Position numbers and translations under genes: made by a program. Source: an uncultured Sutterellaceae bacterium (GTDB taxonomy: Bacteria; Pseudomonadota; Gammaproteobacteria; Burkholderiales; Burkholderiaceae_F). From it: a stretch of 64,000 bases of DNA. The DNA is taken from positions 66 through 64,065 of the forward strand of contig CADBTW010000095.1 of NCBI GenBank assembly GCA_902797695.1, written 5' to 3'. The notes beneath the pieces are model-generated. The model was given only the letters and a program-made list of their open reading frames with translations. It made no database searches and was not told the DNA's origin. This document shows positions 60,320-64,000 of the stretch, in pieces. The stretch's first letter is position 1. The number at the start of each line of letters is the position of its first letter.

Positions 60320-60342
60320 CCGGGCAGCGGGTCGGACCGCCT

Positions 60343-60981
60343 TCAGGCCTCGGCTTTCGGGAAGCTGAGCGCGATAAGGCGGTTCCGTTCCAATGCCTGC
60401 GCGGCGCGCTCTTCAGGGGCCTGCCGCGCGATCCGTTCGTCCAGCCCCTTCATCGAGAATTCGCACCCGCAGTACAGCTGGTTATAGAACCGGCACTCGC
60501 GGATGATTTCCCCGCGCCGCGCCTGCAGTCCCCCCTTCCTCCAGTTCCGGTCCCAGAACTCGACCCCGGGGTACCGGGCTGCGGCCCAGGCTCCGGCCTC
60601 CGCCACCTGGTCCAGCCGCTTCCAGCGGCTTGAGGCGAGGGTGGTCGCGAAGCGCCGGATGCCGAGCGCTGACGCGGTGCGGGCCGCTTCGAGCAGCCGC
60701 ACTTTGAAGCACTGCAGGCATCTCGCCCCGCGTTCGGGCTCCTCTTCGAGCCCCTTCACGGCTTCCCGCCAGGCGTCGTGGTTCCAGTCCCCGTCGATCA
60801 CCCGGATGCCGAGGCGCCCGGCGTACTCGTTGATTTCGTTCTTCCGCGCGAGGTACTCCTCTTCCGGGAAGATGTTCGGGTTGTAGTAGAAGAGGACGGG
60901 TTCGATCCCGTTCGAGCGCATCCACTCGAGGATCGCGCCCGAGCAGGGAGCGCAGCAGCTGTGAAGAAGTACGGTTTCCAT
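60343..60981 (-). CDS. queH: epoxyqueuosine reductase QueH (DUF208)
   Basis: Cys motifs LLHSCCAPCS, CLQCF and YCGCEFS; 212 aa. Confidence 0.9.
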   Translation of the reverse strand: METVLLHSCCAPCSGAILEWMRSNGIEPVLFYYNPNIFPEEEYLARKNEINEYAGRLGIRVIDGDWNHDAWREAVKGLEEEPERGARCLQCFKVRLLEAARTASALGIRRFATTLASSRWKRLDQVAEAGAWAAARYPGVEFWDRNWRKGGLQARRGEIIRECRFYNQLYCGCEFSMKGLDERIARQAPEERAAQALERNRLIALSFPKAEA

Positions 60982-61100
60982 GATGGAACCGGATTGTAGA
61001 CGAGGTGCGAGAAAAGGCCCCGGGCGAGGATGCCCGGAGCCCTTTGGAATTCGCTGCGAGAGCGTGGGGAGGGGTTCCCCACGCCCGGGTGCCCTCTTTC

Positions 61101-62480
61101 CTAGAACCGGTAGACGATCCCGGCGCCCACCATGTAGCAGTTCAGCTTCTTGTAGCGGCCGATCTTCTCGGAATCAGGAGAGGCGTAGAGGTCCCGGTTG
61201 CCGATCCCGTGGATGTGGGTCGCCGCGAGGTCGAACTGCCAGTGCTCGTCGAAGCGGTAGGTCGCACCAAGCGTCGCCCAGACACGGTTCGCGTCAGGGA
61301 TCAGCGCCGTGCGGTAACGCGAGTTCCCGATAGGCGAGCGGTCGTAGGCGACGCCGCCGCGGATCGTCCACTTCGGCGTGATGTCGAGGTCGTAGCCGAG
61401 CGAGAAGAACCACGAGTCGCGCCACTTCATCGGCACGTCGGTTTCGCTGTGCGGGAGGGAACCCGCGTTGATGATCAGCTTGTCGAAGCTGCTCCAGTCG
61501 GTCCAGCGGACAGAGCCGGAGAGCCGGAGCTTCGGAGAATACTTCCAGACCCAGGAGACGTGCGCGGAAGCGGGCGAATCCATCTGGGCGCCACCGTCCA
61601 GGGTGATGCTCCCTCCCTGCGCGAGCGACATCATGTCTGCGGCGGAGACCCCGAGCTGCTGCATCGCGGCAACCATCCTTGCCGCCATCTGCGGGTTAGA
61701 GCGCGCTGCGGCGGCCGCGGCGGCCGCGGTCTTGCTGCCCTTTTCGTCAGTCGAGAACTTCACATTCCCGTGCGCCTTGTGGGTGAAGGAGCCGCGATAG
61801 CCGAAGCCGAGCCGGAAGGAGTCGGTGGGAGACCACATGGCGCCAACATTCCAGCCGTAGCCCCAGTCGGTCGCGTCGTTGAGTCTCGTGTAGACGTTCT
61901 GCCCGAGCATCGAGCGCTTCATCGAAACCGTTGCGTCGATGTATTGCGCCGTGAACCCCGCGCCGAGCGAAACCTTTTCGTTCAGCTTCCAGCCGATCGA
62001 GGGGTTGATCGCGATCGTCATGAGGCGGGCGTCATAGCCGCGCGCCGCGCCTTCCCAGTCCTTGTCGTAAGAGTCGGAAAGCCCGAAGGGCATGATGACG
62101 GCGAGCCCGCCCCAGATATTGTCCGAGAACTGGTGGGTGATGTACTCGTGAAGGATCGGGGATGTGCGCTTGCGGCCGTTCTCGGTCGCGCCGCTCTTCC
62201 CCTCGTAGTCGATGTCGAGGTTGTTCGTGTAGCCCCCGAGCTGAATTTGCGTCCCGGGAAGCAGCGTGAGGCCGGCGGGGTTGTACCAGGCGGCCGACAG
62301 GTCGTCGCCCATGATGCCCTGGCCCGCATAGGCGCGGCCGAGGCCCGTGACAGACTGCTCGTTCAGCTGGAAGCCGCCCGCGAGCGCTTCCCCGGAGAGC
62401 GAGAGAATGGAGGCTGCGACGGCAGCCGCTGCAACTTTTTTCCTGATCGTCATTTTCGCTTGGATTGCTTTCCGGCTCAC
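61101..62480 (-). CDS. fadL: FadL/TodX family outer-membrane hydrophobic-compound transporter
   Basis: Signal peptide then AGGFQLNEQSVTGLGRAYAGQG, beta-barrel composition and a C-terminal ...GAGIVYRF. ATG 62453 is an alternative start. Confidence 0.9.
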   Translation of the reverse strand: MSRKAIQAKMTIRKKVAAAAVAASILSLSGEALAGGFQLNEQSVTGLGRAYAGQGIMGDDLSAAWYNPAGLTLLPGTQIQLGGYTNNLDIDYEGKSGATENGRKRTSPILHEYITHQFSDNIWGGLAVIMPFGLSDSYDKDWEGAARGYDARLMTIAINPSIGWKLNEKVSLGAGFTAQYIDATVSMKRSMLGQNVYTRLNDATDWGYGWNVGAMWSPTDSFRLGFGYRGSFTHKAHGNVKFSTDEKGSKTAAAAAAAARSNPQMAARMVAAMQQLGVSAADMMSLAQGGSITLDGGAQMDSPASAHVSWVWKYSPKLRLSGSVRWTDWSSFDKLIINAGSLPHSETDVPMKWRDSWFFSLGYDLDITPKWTIRGGVAYDRSPIGNSRYRTALIPDANRVWATLGATYRFDEHWQFDLAATHIHGIGNRDLYASPDSEKIGRYKKLNCYMVGAGIVYRF

Positions 62481-62858
62481 CCTGGCTTGCGGCTGGCGAA
62501 CCTTTGCTTGTTCTGTTTGAGAGGAATGTGCTTTTTTGGGAAAGCCGGGCCAGTGCGTGCTTTTTTTGGCTTTTCGGCTTTCCCTACCGAAAACCGGGGC
62601 TATTCTATGGAGCGTCGCGCGAGTCGGTCCATGCGGGTTTTTTAAGGGTAAACCCTTTAGTTAAGAAAAAAACAAGGACCGATTTTGCGAAGATTAATCG
62701 TAACAATTTGATTTAAAAAGAATTTAATTTCTATTTTTCTAGACTTTGCTGACCGGCGAAATGAGCGACTTGCGGGCATCCGCTCCATAGCCTATCCGGG
62801 CTAATCCGCGGAGTGACGCAAAGCTTCCCGCCCGGAAAGCAGGAAGAAGAAGGGACAA

Positions 62859-63581
62859 ATGTCGGTTTTGAAACCAGGAATTGAGGGGCGGGTGAAAGGC
62901 GTGGAGGACCGCGTCGTCGAGGCCTGCGCTTCCTGCGGAAGAGACCGGGGGGAAGTCACGCTGCTCGCCGTAAGCAAGACGTTCCCCGCGGACGCCGTGC
63001 TGAAGGCGGTCGGAACCGGGCTTTCCGCATTCGGGGAAAACTACGCGCAGGAAGGCTGCGACAAGGTGGACTGGTTCCGGGAGAACCACCCGGAGCTCAG
63101 GCTCACGTGGCACTTCATCGGCCCCCTGCAGTCGAACAAGACCCGGCCCGTCGCCGAGCGCTTCGACTGGGTGCAGAGCGTGAACCGGCTGAAGATCGCG
63201 GAACGCCTTTCCTCGCAGCGCCCAGAAGGAATGCCGCCTCTCAACGTGCTCGTCGAGGTGAACGTGGATGGCGAAGAGTCGAAGAGCGGCGTGACGCCAG
63301 CAGAGGCCGTCGCCTTCGCGCGCGAAGTGGCGGCGCTTCCGCGGCTGAGGCTCCGGGGCTTCATGACGATCCCGGCGCCCTGCACGGATCCCGAGGCGCA
63401 GCAGGCTCCCTTCCGCACGATGAAGCGGCTTTTCGACGAGGCAAACGCCGAGGGGCTCGCGCTTGACACGCTTTCAATGGGAATGAGCGGCGACTTCGAA
63501 GCCGCGATCCGCTGCGGGAGCACGATGGTCCGCGTCGGGAGCGCGATCTTCGGGCCGCGCGACTACGGGCACGGCCATTGA
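62859..63581 (+). CDS. yggS: YggS-family pyridoxal-phosphate homeostasis protein
   Basis: LLAVSKTFP (PLP Lys), HFIGPLQSNK, SMGMSGDF. Confidence 0.93.
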   Translation: MSVLKPGIEGRVKGVEDRVVEACASCGRDRGEVTLLAVSKTFPADAVLKAVGTGLSAFGENYAQEGCDKVDWFRENHPELRLTWHFIGPLQSNKTRPVAERFDWVQSVNRLKIAERLSSQRPEGMPPLNVLVEVNVDGEESKSGVTPAEAVAFAREVAALPRLRLRGFMTIPAPCTDPEAQQAPFRTMKRLFDEANAEGLALDTLSMGMSGDFEAAIRCGSTMVRVGSAIFGPRDYGHGH

Positions 63582-63614
63582 TTTCCTTCGCGGCACTCCC
63601 GGGCGCTTCCGGCC

Positions 63615-64000
63615 CTAGGCGCCGAGGAACCCCTCGCGCCCCGAGAACCAGCGCCCGGCGTGCTTCAGGGCCGAGCCGGGGTCGCGCCGCAGCCACTCGT
63701 CAGCCGCGTTCCGGGCTTCCTCGAGGAGCTTCCCGTCCTCTTCGAGGCTCGCGAACCGCAGCATCGGAACGCCCGACTGCCTCGCCCCGAGGAATTCCCC
63801 CGGGCCCCGGATCTCGAGGTCTCGCCTCGCGATTTCGAACCCGTCCGTGCTGTTCCGGATCACGTTCAGCCGTTCTCGGCTGTTCTCCGAAAGCGGCTCG
63901 CCGTGGAGCAGCATGCACCAGCTCTTCTGGTCGCCTCGGCCGATTCGGCCGCGTAGCTGGTGGAGCTGCGCGAGCCCGAACCGTTCTGCGTGCTCGATCA
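63615..64000 (-). CDS. recG: ATP-dependent DNA helicase RecG (C-terminal part; gene continues beyond the window)
   Basis: Helicase motif VI ERFGLAQLHQLRGRIGRG and C-terminal RDLEIRGPGEFLGARQSG. The frame stays open to the window edge. Confidence 0.9.
   Translation of the reverse strand, partial: IEHAERFGLAQLHQLRGRIGRGDQKSWCMLLHGEPLSENSRERLNVIRNSTDGFEIARRDLEIRGPGEFLGARQSGVPMLRFASLEEDGKLLEEARNAADEWLRRDPGSALKHAGRWFSGREGFLGA

Noticed and set aside
62538-62583. 10-bp inverted repeat GGGAAAGCCG...CGGCTTTCCC upstream of fadL as a possible riboswitch or attenuator
   Set aside because: It has a long unstructured 26-nt loop and matches no motif class I know. It is noted only as a possible leader hairpin, with too little support to call.

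Overview
The window is GC-rich, densely packed chromosomal core DNA with a betaproteobacterial (Burkholderiales-like) gene order: rimP-nusA-infB-rbfA-truB, lpxK-ycaR-kdsB-adk, ribF-ileS-lspA, and rpsU-yqeY-dnaG-rpoD. A Tat-exported flavocytochrome-type reductase, QueH and a riboswitch-controlled GDT1 exporter hint at an anaerobic, host-associated lineage, but that is inference only. All calls rest on reading the ORF track and sequence by eye (motifs, synteny, hairpins); no database search was possible. I call about 55 protein genes, 2 tRNAs, one yybP-ykoY (Mn2+) riboswitch, a leader attenuator and a set of intrinsic terminators. I saw no CRISPR array, transposase, integrase or phage genes. The most notable observations are these. 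(1) A gene-free, AT-rich gap of about 1 kb between lpxK and xseA carries two perfect and four near-perfect DnaA boxes, all in one orientation, followed by a very AT-rich tract. This is an oriC-like or datA/DARS-like locus with no dnaA nearby. (2) A second full-length RpoD-type sigma factor lies directly downstream of rpoD and is fused in frame to a histone-H1-like Lys/Ala/Pro N-terminal tail. (3) A small signal-peptide-bearing Ala/Lys-rich protein. (4) A LexA homologue whose C-terminal protease domain looks shortened and lacks an alignable catalytic Lys. (5) An alkyltransferase-like ORF downstream of ispH that has Leu where the active-site Cys is expected. (6) An orphan AbrB/MazE-type antitoxin-like gene next to a split flavocytochrome c reductase. 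The many long ORFs antisense to real genes are treated as GC-content artefacts.
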